Shown: positions 46,106-55,990 of the stretch, one piece after another
How the letters are laid out: each line of letters begins with the position of its first letter
How positions within the stretch are numbered: the stretch's first letter is position 1
DNA from: a virus
Taxonomy: Duplodnaviria; Caudoviricetes
Reading direction: 5' to 3' (one strand)
DNA length: 64,000 bases
IMG/VR virus record: IMGVR_UViG_3300027804_000069
Span: 1,353 to 65,352 of that record
Position numbers and translations under genes: made by a program
Notes under the pieces: generated by a model
Seen by the model: only the letters and a program-made list of their open reading frames with translations
Databases searched by the model: none
Told to the model about the DNA's origin: nothing

Positions 46106-49100
46106 TTATTTGAAATTAGATTTACCAAATTGTGATTGCATAATTTTAGCGTCTTCGTCTTCGTCCCCATCAATAAAACCGCCAACTGCAAAGCTCTTTT
46201 GAGGTAATTTGTTCTTTACAAGTGCTATAGCGGGTTCTAGTTCTCTTTCTGTGCTAATATTTTTAATTGAAATTGATTTGTCTTTGAAGTATTTGATTAA
46301 TTCATCAAAAGTAAGGTGTTTATCCTCCATTTTAGACTGAAGCGGACTTTTAGGCTTGTTTACAAGGTTTACTCCGTCATCTGAAAACGAGACCACTTCC
46401 CATTGGTCATTACCACCACTTGAATAAACTATTGTACCTACAGCTAACATAGGCATACCATCTGATAGTCCTAAATCGTCTGCAGTAATGTAGTGCTCGT
46501 TTACCATCATTTCCTCCATTACAGGCTCTACTTCAACTTCAACCTCTACTTCTATTTTAGGGAATAAATGGCTTTTAAGTTCTGTTTGGTAATCAGTTTC
46601 CCCGCCTTCAGCTAAATAGCCTTTGTCTACTTTTTGGTAGAACTTTATTACATCTTCGTCTTTTGACAAATCGTAATTATTTTTTATAGCCTTAGCCTTA
46701 TAATTATCATTTAATGTCATTACATTGATATAACCTTCCTCTGAAGGTATATATTCATAAATTTTAATTAATTCTCTTCCATCGTAACTTTTGGCTCTTT
46801 GAATCTTAAATTTTTCTGTCTCCCCACCATCAGCCATGTAACCCCCTTTTTCCAAAACATTAACCTTGCTAAATCTTCCCAATCTTTTCGTAAACATTTT
46901 ATAGAATACTTTACCAATGTGGAAATAATCATTAGGCTCTGTTGAATCGATAATTTTTACTTGATACACTATTTCACTAGGTCTTACTCCCTGTCTAGCA
47001 CCACTCAATACTTCATATATAAAAGTACCTTGATAACCTTCTGATATTTTTATTTTATCTCCTATTTCTAATTTATTGGCATCTTTTAACATACCACCTT
47101 CTGCCATTTCTCCACCTTTACCAAATTTTGCGACTTTCTTTAATTTAATTGAATATTGTGCTTGTCCTGTATTTTGGTTGTATTCCATATTTACTGAATC
47201 AGCATCGAAAAATTCAGCACTTGAAGTAGCCTCTTTATGTAATTTTTCAGCCATGCCTGTCGTATAATTCTCATCAAGTCCAATAATTAAAGAGTTTGAA
47301 CCTTCGTCAATATAATAAAACTTTATAGGCATTACCTTCTTTATAAATATTTCTATTTTTTGAGCTAAAAGTTTATCTGTTAATGAGTGTAAATCACCTG
47401 TAATTCCACCTTCAGCCATAGAATGTTTACAACCGCATGAGCTAACTATTTCATGGTCTTTCATCATTTTGCCACCATATTTGTACTCTTTGCCACTTGT
47501 ATAAATACTTTCAGGAATATCCCCACCATCAGCGAAAGATACACCACCACCGCTTTCATTGATTTTTGAAAGGATTTCCCTGTTCGTCATCATTTTACCT
47601 TCAAATTCACGCTTAGTATCGTCAGAAACGGCATTACGGGTAATAACCACCTCACCCCCCTCCATTTCTAAAGGTTGGTTAGTTGATTTGTTTACGGCTT
47701 TGATACCGCCTTCGCTATGTCTTTTACCAACTAAAACACCGCCAACGTTACCGCTGCCATGTGAGAAGTAGTCTTTTACGTTTTTATCGTCAGGGTTTAT
47801 TTCACCACCTGCTTTATAGTAACCACCTTTTTCCATTTTGTTGTTTTTATGTTTTCTGACCATAAAGCCATTTGGCAATAATTCAAAGCCAAACTTCTCA
47901 TAGTAAGATATTAGGTATTCTCTAGTTATTTTTTCCTTTTTAGAGCTATCCTTTATATGATTGTGTCTAGGTATCGGCTCTAAATAAACATCTATTTCGT
48001 TCTTATTTGCTAATTCTAAAAGCTCCTTTAGTTTTTCTTTACCATCTACACTTTCGTCCCTTTTCTCAAAAACGTCCAAAATCACATGATTATCCTCACT
48101 TGACATTTTACTGAACTCGTTTGGTACTGATACCATAATGGTCATCTTATCCGATACACCATTTTTGTACCAATCTTGGTATTCTTTGTAAAACTCTGTA
48201 ACACCCCCCTGAGCCATTTTATTTTGGCTTTCCATGTAGTCTAATCTTTCAATTATTTCGTTTGCCTGTCTTATGGGCTTTATTGATTTGTAAATCAGAG
48301 CTTTGTTAAATAGTGAATTATCTAGTAAATCCCCCTTAGCCATTTTATTTTGGCTTTCCATGTATTCTAGTTTCTCATAGTAGTCAATCATTTCGTCTAA
48401 ATGCTGTAGAGCAATAGTTTCCTGAACGATTGGGTTATCTGAATGTTCTGATTCTGTTTTCATTCCCTTTCTGAGCTGCTCTTCGGCATAATCTAAAGGA
48501 ACGTCCTTTTCTTTGGCTATTTGCTCAATAGTCTTTGAAGGCTTGAATAATTCAAGACCTAACTCCATTTTGATTAAATCGTGCTGAGATGGAATGGCTA
48601 AAGTACCACCATTAGCGTAATTATCTTTTATAAAAACAGCCTCTTGGTTATCAAATTCCTCTTTTAGAATGTCTTTTTTTGACCTTGACTCAGATATTGT
48701 ACCATACTTTTTATCTAATTGATTGAAATAGATATAATTACCATCGTCTTTTCTATCCTTGTATGTGATTGTATCGTTCTTATTTACAATCGTATTTATG
48801 TATTTACCATTGTCTTGAACAAACTCGAATTTTAGACCTTCTTTGAAAAAAGAGCTATCCTTTTTCCATAAAACAACTGAAAAATCATCAGCTATTTCCA
48901 ATTCTTCACCAACCTTATTGCCAACTTTTATAGTACCATTAAAATATATTTTGTTTAAATTGGGATTGTTTTTTATTATATCTATGACTTTTCTTTGACT
49001 AGGATTTCTTGAATCAATAAATTCAACATCTCTTTCGGACTCTTTTTCGTAAGAATATCCATCATTTCTTGCCACCACTACCTTATAACCTAATTTATAC

Positions 49101-52100
49101 CACTCTCTTATTTTCTTTTCTCTTTCCTTCCTTACTGATTCAATTAAATTTTCAGTTGGACTTACAATTAAACCCCCATTTTCATATTTAGGGTATTTTT
49201 TTAACACCTCACCACTATATGTTAATCTGTCCTCGTAATAGTCTGTATCACCATACACATTGTTATGTATTACTTTACTAGGGTCAAGTTCTCCTATTAC
49301 CTTTAACCCACTCGTTTCTAATAACCTTTCACCATCTGCACCTCTACTATAATTACCATAAGATACATGACCTTTTATAGGGTTTCCTTCAATTAAATAA
49401 ATTGGCAATTTATCCCCTTGCCTTACCCAATAACTTTCTTCTAGGTCATTACCAAAATCTTGAAAACCTTTTGCGTCTTCAAAGTCAATAAAAACAAATT
49501 TACTATTTGGGCTATACCTTGCAGTAAAAACAGATACACCCTTCTCTTTAGTGTTTGTTATATAGTTATATGACACTAAATAATTATCTAATCGTTTTCT
49601 TGGTAACCCAATCCTAACATATATTTCAGGTAAATCTTCAAATTTTTGTTTGCCTTTATTAGTTTTTGTGTATTTTTTTTCTAAATAATCATTACCTGCA
49701 TAAATTACTTCACCACCATTTTCATACATTTTCGGGTTGCTTAGGTAGTATATCGCAACTTCTTTGGCTGCTTTTAGTGTTTTGTAGCCACCAATAGTCT
49801 TTTGTGGCTTACCATCATGCTGCATATTTAATATCCACAATTTGTCAAGTTTGCTATAATGTATACTTGCATCTTTGTATTTGTATTCTGTATCTTCAAA
49901 AGATTCATCTATACCCAAATATTCTTTTTTTATTCTCTTAAAATCATCTGATGCACCACCATCTTCCATAAATCCTATTGGCTCAGGGTCATAAAATGTT
50001 CTGTTGTCAAACCCGCATTTGTGACAAATGTATTTATCAGATTCGTCAGAATCAGAGGTATTCCAATGCCACCCACAATTAACGCAAGTGATTTCTTGAC
50101 CTACAGAACCGCCATCAGCCATACTATCTGAGCTGAAGTTTTGCATGATTTCGTAGTAGCCCTTAATCTTTGTACCATCTGCAAGGGTTGCATTTTCTAA
50201 ATGAGTTATATATCTATAGTGAAAAGAAACTATGTTATACCCCGCTGCAGGTATGGCTTCAGTAACAAAATCAAAATAACTGCCATCTGCAAAATTAAAT
50301 CTGTAACGTCCCTCAAATCCTTTTTTACCAACTTTTAGACTTTCTCTACTTACATCAGATATTGGCTTACTAACTCTAGGGAAGTTATCTAGCACAGCCT
50401 TCAAAAATCTGTATTTCAAAGACTCAGCATAGTCTAAAATGATTTTATCCATTATAGGCTTATAATCAGATTTTAGCTCTAAGTCTTTATAGAAATTTTC
50501 AATTATTGGATAACCTCTATAGTCCTTAGTTTTAACTACTATTGGCTGACTTTCAATAAAAATGTCTCTCCAAAATACTATTGCTGTTTGTAACTTCTCT
50601 ACGTTTACCCCACCTTCTTTTTGACTTAGCTCAATATATTCTTTTATCAAACCTTCAAATCTCTCAGTTTCTCTTTCAATTACAATCTTTTCAACGTCCT
50701 TAAAGTCTTCAAAAAGCTGCTTATATAGTGATTTGAATACATCTTGATTCATTTTTGGTATCTTGGAAAGTATTTCATCCATTTGCTTTTTAGCCTCTTT
50801 TTTGAGTAGACTTTCCTGACTAAATACCTTTTTTGGAACTTTTACACCTTGCTCTTCTGCTATCTTGATTACTTCGTCTTCTGTGATTTCACCATTTTCA
50901 ATCATTTTTTTGTAGGTGTCATCTTCGATAGCTCTTCTAATTTCAGACTTATTTGACTTTTTGTAATCTGAGTTAAGTCCATCAAATATTACTTTTTCAT
51001 CAAAAAACTTATTCAAATCTTTGAAAAAAGCTATATTTTTTTCTAGTATATCTTTAGGTGTTGGTGCGGGAATAGTATAGTCATCGTATTTACGAAACTT
51101 TCTTTCATTCCAATTCTCTATTAATTGCTTTTCATCATTACTTCGGAAATAATATCCTGTTTTCTTACCATCTAAACCTCTACTAAGTACCTGCTCAAAT
51201 GTAACTTTGTAAAATCCACTATACGATGTTAATGACAAATATTTATCATTTTTTCTAGCGAATTTCTCATATTCTTTTAGAAGTGGAACAACCCTGTCTT
51301 CATACTCTGATTTAGTCATTAAGTATGCAGGTTTAGGGGTATCGTCACTCTTAGCAGCCTCTAGCTTTTGTGCGTCTATAATCTTTTGTTTTTCCCTCTT
51401 TATCTTATTTTCAAGGTCTCTTGCCTTTTTTCTTTCCTTTTCAGCAGCAGCTCCTCTATTGTATTTTTCATAATCTTCTTTAGCTCTCTCTCGTCCGAAA
51501 TCGGAGTCATCATAAACTACATAACCATAATATTCTTTGGGCATTTTGTTGTACCTAAGTCTATATCCCAAAAGTCCTTCTTTTGTCAAATCTTCAGATT
51601 CTTCCCTACCTAAATCATTTGTGGATTTATAAACACCAACAATCGTATAAGCCTCTTTGCTTTTCTTGGTTTCGCCACCATCGGCTAGTTTTGAATCAGA
51701 TAACATTTTTTCGTATTGTTTTTTTGAAACTAAATTATATCCCCACCTTTTAGCCATATCCTTTACTACACTTAACCTTTTATCACCATCAACATTATAG
51801 TAATTATTGTCACCATCTTTAGTAATTAACCAATAAAAACCACCTTCCCATTTTTCAATAAAGGCAAACTTTTTTACGTCACCCCCATCAGCCATAAGGT
51901 CATCGTCCTGAACGTATGCAGCTTTAACTTGCTGACCTGCTTTCTTTTTAAGGAATTTATTTACTCTAGCAAAGCCCCATGCTTGTCTGCTATTTGGTGC
52001 TCCACCTGTAATTGTAGGTCTGTGAGAAGTAGAATAAGCACCCATACCCCTACGCATAACTGCTTTTAGGGTTGCAACGCTTACCTTATTTTTTGGGTGA

Positions 52101-52267
52101 CTTTCGTTGTAATCTTTTGCCTTTTGGCTTAAAGTAGCTAGTATACTTTCATTTAGCTCAATCCCTTTGGCTGAGGCTTTAGAACTAGCACTTCCGACCT
52201 TGTTTTTGTCAGAGCCATAAATTCTGTCCTTTTTAGGAGCAGGGGTTTTTGATAGGCTTTTCGGCAT
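46106..52267 (-). CDS. giant modular polyvalent protein, about 19 xxxGG linkers; includes Zn ribbon, GNAT-like and DUF5824/DUF5661-like modules
   Basis: 2053 aa; CVNC...CHKC; YYEKFGF; RRGMGAY...WGFARVNKF; GMKTESEH...HLDE. Confidence 0.8.
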   Translation of the reverse strand: MPKSLSKTPAPKKDRIYGSDKNKVGSASSKASAKGIELNESILATLSQKAKDYNESHPKNKVSVATLKAVMRRGMGAYSTSHRPTITGGAPNSRQAWGFARVNKFLKKKAGQQVKAAYVQDDDLMADGGDVKKFAFIEKWEGGFYWLITKDGDNNYYNVDGDKRLSVVKDMAKRWGYNLVSKKQYEKMLSDSKLADGGETKKSKEAYTIVGVYKSTNDLGREESEDLTKEGLLGYRLRYNKMPKEYYGYVVYDDSDFGRERAKEDYEKYNRGAAAEKERKKARDLENKIKREKQKIIDAQKLEAAKSDDTPKPAYLMTKSEYEDRVVPLLKEYEKFARKNDKYLSLTSYSGFYKVTFEQVLSRGLDGKKTGYYFRSNDEKQLIENWNERKFRKYDDYTIPAPTPKDILEKNIAFFKDLNKFFDEKVIFDGLNSDYKKSNKSEIRRAIEDDTYKKMIENGEITEDEVIKIAEEQGVKVPKKVFSQESLLKKEAKKQMDEILSKIPKMNQDVFKSLYKQLFEDFKDVEKIVIERETERFEGLIKEYIELSQKEGGVNVEKLQTAIVFWRDIFIESQPIVVKTKDYRGYPIIENFYKDLELKSDYKPIMDKIILDYAESLKYRFLKAVLDNFPRVSKPISDVSRESLKVGKKGFEGRYRFNFADGSYFDFVTEAIPAAGYNIVSFHYRYITHLENATLADGTKIKGYYEIMQNFSSDSMADGGSVGQEITCVNCGWHWNTSDSDESDKYICHKCGFDNRTFYDPEPIGFMEDGGASDDFKRIKKEYLGIDESFEDTEYKYKDASIHYSKLDKLWILNMQHDGKPQKTIGGYKTLKAAKEVAIYYLSNPKMYENGGEVIYAGNDYLEKKYTKTNKGKQKFEDLPEIYVRIGLPRKRLDNYLVSYNYITNTKEKGVSVFTARYSPNSKFVFIDFEDAKGFQDFGNDLEESYWVRQGDKLPIYLIEGNPIKGHVSYGNYSRGADGERLLETSGLKVIGELDPSKVIHNNVYGDTDYYEDRLTYSGEVLKKYPKYENGGLIVSPTENLIESVRKEREKKIREWYKLGYKVVVARNDGYSYEKESERDVEFIDSRNPSQRKVIDIIKNNPNLNKIYFNGTIKVGNKVGEELEIADDFSVVLWKKDSSFFKEGLKFEFVQDNGKYINTIVNKNDTITYKDRKDDGNYIYFNQLDKKYGTISESRSKKDILKEEFDNQEAVFIKDNYANGGTLAIPSQHDLIKMELGLELFKPSKTIEQIAKEKDVPLDYAEEQLRKGMKTESEHSDNPIVQETIALQHLDEMIDYYEKLEYMESQNKMAKGDLLDNSLFNKALIYKSIKPIRQANEIIERLDYMESQNKMAQGGVTEFYKEYQDWYKNGVSDKMTIMVSVPNEFSKMSSEDNHVILDVFEKRDESVDGKEKLKELLELANKNEIDVYLEPIPRHNHIKDSSKKEKITREYLISYYEKFGFELLPNGFMVRKHKNNKMEKGGYYKAGGEINPDDKNVKDYFSHGSGNVGGVLVGKRHSEGGIKAVNKSTNQPLEMEGGEVVITRNAVSDDTKREFEGKMMTNREILSKINESGGGVSFADGGDIPESIYTSGKEYKYGGKMMKDHEIVSSCGCKHSMAEGGITGDLHSLTDKLLAQKIEIFIKKVMPIKFYYIDEGSNSLIIGLDENYTTGMAEKLHKEATSSAEFFDADSVNMEYNQNTGQAQYSIKLKKVAKFGKGGEMAEGGMLKDANKLEIGDKIKISEGYQGTFIYEVLSGARQGVRPSEIVYQVKIIDSTEPNDYFHIGKVFYKMFTKRLGRFSKVNVLEKGGYMADGGETEKFKIQRAKSYDGRELIKIYEYIPSEEGYINVMTLNDNYKAKAIKNNYDLSKDEDVIKFYQKVDKGYLAEGGETDYQTELKSHLFPKIEVEVEVEVEPVMEEMMVNEHYITADDLGLSDGMPMLAVGTIVYSSGGNDQWEVVSFSDDGVNLVNKPKSPLQSKMEDKHLTFDELIKYFKDKSISIKNISTERELEPAIALVKNKLPQKSFAVGGFIDGDEDEDAKIMQSQFGKSNFK

Positions 52268-52301
52268 TGAAAAAACTTTTTTTGAAAAATAAGTAAAAAA
52301 T

Positions 52302-52327
52302 TTGTATAAAATTAGTACTTATATTTG
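52302..52327. promoter_or_regulatory. back-to-back promoters: CTAATTTTATACAA (-, 52302-52315) and TATATTTG (+, 52320-52327)
   Basis: Intergenic between divergent genes; the + box is a perfect TAnnTTTG. Confidence 0.6.
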
Positions 52328-52363
52328 TATCTCAATATTTTTTAACCCCAAAATTCAAAAATC

Positions 52364-52480
52364 ATGTTTCAAGGATTTTTCGACATTAAAAGCGACAAGT
52401 GGCTTGGTGGTGTTAATGTACACAATACATTAGCTCTAATCGGCATTGGCTACCTAGTAGTTAAGGCTTGGAAAAAGTAA
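52364..52480 (+). CDS. 38-aa membrane micropeptide MFQGFFDIKSDKWLGGVNVHNTLALIGIGYLVVKAWKK
   Basis: Not in the track; own promoter and terminator; TM ending AWKK. Confidence 0.7.
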   Translation: MFQGFFDIKSDKWLGGVNVHNTLALIGIGYLVVKAWKK

Positions 52481-52510
52481 TTGCTCCCCTGTGGGGGCTG
52501 ACTTTCGCAG

Positions 52511-52550
52511 AATAGACCCGTTTTTCGAGAGATTGACGGGTTTATTTTTT
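52511..52550. terminator. likely bidirectional terminator
   Basis: AATAGACCCGT...ACGGGTTTATT followed by a T run, between convergent genes. Confidence 0.65.
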
Positions 52551-53772
52551 ACCCCAACCTCTTAATATCGTCAGAGAATCCTTTTGATATTGAATGCCAA
52601 TCTAGGCTCTTAACGAACTTCAAAGCCTTTTCTACTTTTAATTTTTGGTCTATTGCATTACTACGTTTATCCTTATCTACCTGACTAATAACTTCGGCTA
52701 TTTCATAGATATTACACTTCCAACGTATTATATTATCAATATTATGAACGTCAGGGGATAGCTCCTCCAAATAATAGCACCTTTCACCATTAGTACCCCC
52801 TAATTCGCCAAAAGAGGTATGTCTAGGCATGATTACAGGTGTACAAGTTGCCATAGCCTCCGTTACAGTTAATTCCCATCCCCCGCCTGTTGCTGTAGTA
52901 ATAAAACAATCTGAGGCATTATATATCTTATTAAGGGTTTCTACACTAGCTCCCTTATTATAATCTTCTTCAGAAGGGAACATATAATCTACACCCTCTA
53001 TAAGTGGGGTTTGCTGCATTACCCTTTTCAAGTCCCAACCTAAAGGGTCTTTTGGATTCATGTGCAGATATAAAAATGCGTTTTCGTTAAATTGGTTCTT
53101 GTATTCCAAAAAGCCAAATATGGTAGTAGGTATATCCTTTCGAGGCTGATTTCTATTGATATTCGTAACAATAAACTTATCAGAATTGCTACCAAAATAT
53201 TCTTTTCTAAACGAGTTATCTAGTATAGGAAAGAAGTCTTTAGTGTTCGTACCATGTGGTACAACCTTTACTTTGCCCTTTAAATCGGGTCTTTGAATAA
53301 GAACTTCTTTACGTCCAAATTCTGTGTAAGTAGCTAAAACGTCAAAAAACTCAAGCCCAACACATAGGTTTGGTACAAGTGTAGAGTCAATAGGAAAATA
53401 CAATATTGATTTGAAATTAGGCTTATTAGCTAGTCTCTTTTCCTCTTTGAACTTCTTCAAGTGAGGCACTAAACCAATGGTAACACCCAAGTCCTGAAGT
53501 ATAAATAGTACGTCATAGTCATTATCTAGTACTGATTTAAGGAAGGTATATCTACCGAAATCGTCTTTTTGGTTGTCTGTCAGCTTTGCTGATATGATTC
53601 TAGTGCCATCTTCCTCTACATACGGCTCACCAAAGTAATTGATAGCTACAATATCGAATTGAGCATCTTTTCCTAACTGCTTTTTCCAATTCTGCATTAA
53701 GTTTTTAGATACAGACGCAAAACCTGTAAAGCAATTATAATCAAATAGGCAAAGTACTTTTATTTGTTTCAT
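52549..53772 (-). CDS. GT4-family glycosyltransferase
   Basis: TGFASV, VVPHG, NRNQPRKD, GGWELTVTEAMATCTP. Confidence 0.85.
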   Translation of the reverse strand: MKQIKVLCLFDYNCFTGFASVSKNLMQNWKKQLGKDAQFDIVAINYFGEPYVEEDGTRIISAKLTDNQKDDFGRYTFLKSVLDNDYDVLFILQDLGVTIGLVPHLKKFKEEKRLANKPNFKSILYFPIDSTLVPNLCVGLEFFDVLATYTEFGRKEVLIQRPDLKGKVKVVPHGTNTKDFFPILDNSFRKEYFGSNSDKFIVTNINRNQPRKDIPTTIFGFLEYKNQFNENAFLYLHMNPKDPLGWDLKRVMQQTPLIEGVDYMFPSEEDYNKGASVETLNKIYNASDCFITTATGGGWELTVTEAMATCTPVIMPRHTSFGELGGTNGERCYYLEELSPDVHNIDNIIRWKCNIYEIAEVISQVDKDKRSNAIDQKLKVEKALKFVKSLDWHSISKGFSDDIKRLG

Positions 53773-53796
53773 GGTTATTTTTTAAAGTAATTAATT

Positions 53797-53976
53797 TTAA
53801 TTGTTTTTATTTTTTATTAAATCGGCAAAATCTGTTATTGCTTTTTCAATCTCTTCAGCATCATAACCTACTACGATTAGGGCTGAAATGAAACTTTCAA
53901 GCAGGTCATCTAGCGTACTATCAGGCTTTTCAATAGTAATTGAATTATTTAATGTCTCTAATTTAATTAAACTCAA
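53797..53976 (-). CDS. 59-aa TTG-start hypothetical protein bounded by two 21-bp repeats
   Basis: Not in the track; MSLIKLETLNNSITIEKPD...KNKNN*. Confidence 0.6.
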   Translation of the reverse strand: MSLIKLETLNNSITIEKPDSTLDDLLESFISALIVVGYDAEEIEKAITDFADLIKNKNN

Positions 53977-53987
53977 AGTAATTAATT

Positions 53988-54176
53988 TTAATTGTTTTGG
54001 GCTAGGTATCTATTGTATGCCCTTTCGTAGGCTTCTCTATTAAATGCTTCAAATGGCTTTTCCTGATTTACGCAGTTCTCATAGCTTTGATAAAATACTT
54101 CATGGTCTCTAGTGTATAGATATATAGTTTTGTGTAAAAAGTTATCCCTTAAACTTATTTGATAAATTGTGTCCAT
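53988..54176 (-). CDS. hypothetical protein
   Basis: Stop lies in the 21-bp repeat. Confidence 0.6.
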   Translation of the reverse strand: MDTIYQISLRDNFLHKTIYLYTRDHEVFYQSYENCVNQEKPFEAFNREAYERAYNRYLAQNN

Positions 54177-54592
54177 TATCTAAATATTAAATAACCTCCA
54201 CCAAGTCCTGCTATAAAAGTTCCCCATTTAGCTAGTTTCTGCCTCCTAGATATACTTCTTTGCAGTTTGTACTTTTGGTCTAGATTGTCTATTATCTTTT
54301 TATAGTTGTCGATTGTTGCCTCGTAGCTCCACATCATTTTTTCATGTAGGGCATTCTTTTCCTTCAAAAAGGTGATAACTGAATCTTTCAGAACTATACG
54401 TCCTTCTAGTAGATTTACTTTTTCATAGGTTAAGTCAAGCTCTTGCTTTACTAATTTCCCCTGCTCTATTTTGACAATAGCCAATTTTAGCTGTGAATTA
54501 GGAATACAAGTTACTGAGTCATTTGAGGTCTGCGAAATACCTCGAAATGCTATCAGAATTGTAATTACGAACAATATCGTTAGCTTTTTCAT
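54176..54592 (-). CDS. spanin-like secreted coiled-coil protein with C-terminal TM
   Basis: Signal ending GIS|Q, coiled coil, C-terminal hydrophobic segment; overlaps 54519..54890. Confidence 0.5.
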   Translation of the reverse strand: MKKLTILFVITILIAFRGISQTSNDSVTCIPNSQLKLAIVKIEQGKLVKQELDLTYEKVNLLEGRIVLKDSVITFLKEKNALHEKMMWSYEATIDNYKKIIDNLDQKYKLQRSISRRQKLAKWGTFIAGLGGGYLIFR

Positions 54593-54890
54593 ATTTGGGT
54601 TTTATGTCGTTTATCTTTTTGTCTATGGCAGAAACCTTACTTATCAGCTCCTTTTCCATACACTCAATGGTCTCAATCTGCTTTTGCCTTTGTATGAGCT
54701 GAATAGAAATAGAATCCCTTTCGGCTTTATAAAAGTCATTTTTCCTAAGTAAGCTATCGTTTATCTTCTCTATTTCTTTGATTTTGCCTTTTAACTCTTT
54801 TGTACCTGTGTCAAATAGCCCAACATACCCAATAACCACTATAACGATTATCAGAACTATGGTAAGCCAATTCTGTTTTAATTTATTCAT
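54519..54890 (-). CDS. inner-spanin-like TM plus coiled-coil protein
   Basis: N-terminal TM, long coiled coil, DSISRYF end. Confidence 0.5.
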   Translation of the reverse strand: MNKLKQNWLTIVLIIVIVVIGYVGLFDTGTKELKGKIKEIEKINDSLLRKNDFYKAERDSISIQLIQRQKQIETIECMEKELISKVSAIDKKINDIKPKYEKANDIVRNYNSDSISRYFADLK

Positions 54891-55111
54891 AAGTGCTCTT
54901 CTTTTAAGGAATATAGCTCAAGTGCTACTTTTTCGTCAAATTCATCTACAAATTTCGTGCTAATCTTTTCATCCTCTACTCTTATTTGAAAGCAGGAAAA
55001 TACCTTTTCACCAAAAAAGTACCTGATGTAAACAGCCGATTTCGCTACTATCTTGGTTATGGTGCAGGTAGCTAACCTATTGTTTATATTTATTTTTAGC
55101 GTTTTCACCAT
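54887..55111 (-). CDS. hypothetical protein
   Basis: Operon context. Confidence 0.45.
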   Translation of the reverse strand: MVKTLKININNRLATCTITKIVAKSAVYIRYFFGEKVFSCFQIRVEDEKISTKFVDEFDEKVALELYSLKEEHL

Positions 55112-55289
55112 AAATAGCGTTGTGTTTTAATATCAATTCTCCTATTACGATATTAGTACTTATTCCGAATAAAATCAAAAGTGTAAAATTCATATCTGAA
55201 ATAAATGCTTTTTTTAGGTAATTAAGCACTAGATAGCCACAGATTAAAATTACATTGAAAAAGAATAGCACATAAAGAAATACCTTCAT
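55077..55289 (-). CDS. small two-TM protein
   Basis: Two hydrophobic segments. Confidence 0.5.
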   Translation of the reverse strand: MKVFLYVLFFFNVILICGYLVLNYLKKAFISDMNFTLLILFGISTNIVIGELILKHNAIYGENAKNKYKQ

Positions 55290-55294
55290 TTTGA

Positions 55295-55981
55295 TTATTT
55301 TTTGTTTGTGTCCATAGATATAACTACTGCTTCTGATATACCTTGTTCTTGTTTATTGTATGGTGTTGTGTAAACTTCCTCATTGGGCATTCCACCCCAT
55401 TTTTTGATAAAAAGCTCCTTATTGTTTATGTAGTTACCTAAAAGAGGGTTTTTTTCAATAGTTTGAGAGTTCAGGTACACATCGGGGTTCAGGTCATCTT
55501 CATATTTGATTTTTACCCCTGCTAGTTTCATTCGGTAGTGGTAGTCATTGTCTTCAAAGTAACACTTCTCAAAGTCTTCGTCAAACTTACCAACTGAGTC
55601 ATAAACTGACTTTCTAAGCACAAAAGAAGACCAATTATAAGCGGGACGGCAAACCTGAAAGGTGTTGTCATTCCCCTTCTTTATCATCTTTTTTATAGTG
55701 TCTTCGTCCTTTTGTAAGATTACGTCATCATTGAGAATCAAAAAGTTAGTCTCCCCAAAATAAGAGGCATAGGCAATTAGGCAGTTCCAAGACCTTGCTA
55801 CTCCCATCGGCTCAGGAAATCCTAAGATGGTAACATTTGGATTTGAGCTACCTAACTCTTGCTTACCGCTATCAACTACGATAATTCTCGTACTTGGGTA
55901 GGCTTTCTCGTAGTGGTCTAATGCTTTGACTAATAAGTCCTTCCTATTGATTGTAGGAATTAGAATACAGAAATTACTCAT
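55295..55981 (-). CDS. GT2-family glycosyltransferase
   Basis: ILIPTINR, LILNDD, FEDNDY. Confidence 0.85.
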   Translation of the reverse strand: MSNFCILIPTINRKDLLVKALDHYEKAYPSTRIIVVDSGKQELGSSNPNVTILGFPEPMGVARSWNCLIAYASYFGETNFLILNDDVILQKDEDTIKKMIKKGNDNTFQVCRPAYNWSSFVLRKSVYDSVGKFDEDFEKCYFEDNDYHYRMKLAGVKIKYEDDLNPDVYLNSQTIEKNPLLGNYINNKELFIKKWGGMPNEEVYTTPYNKQEQGISEAVVISMDTNKK

Positions 55982-55990
55982 GGTTTTGTT

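Noticed and set aside
38657-52267. Adenovirus-protease consensus (M/L/I)xGG for the linkers
   Set aside because: The hydrophobic residue is at P5, not P4 (M-A-D-G-G), so it does not match. Only the generic Gly-Gly analogy is kept.
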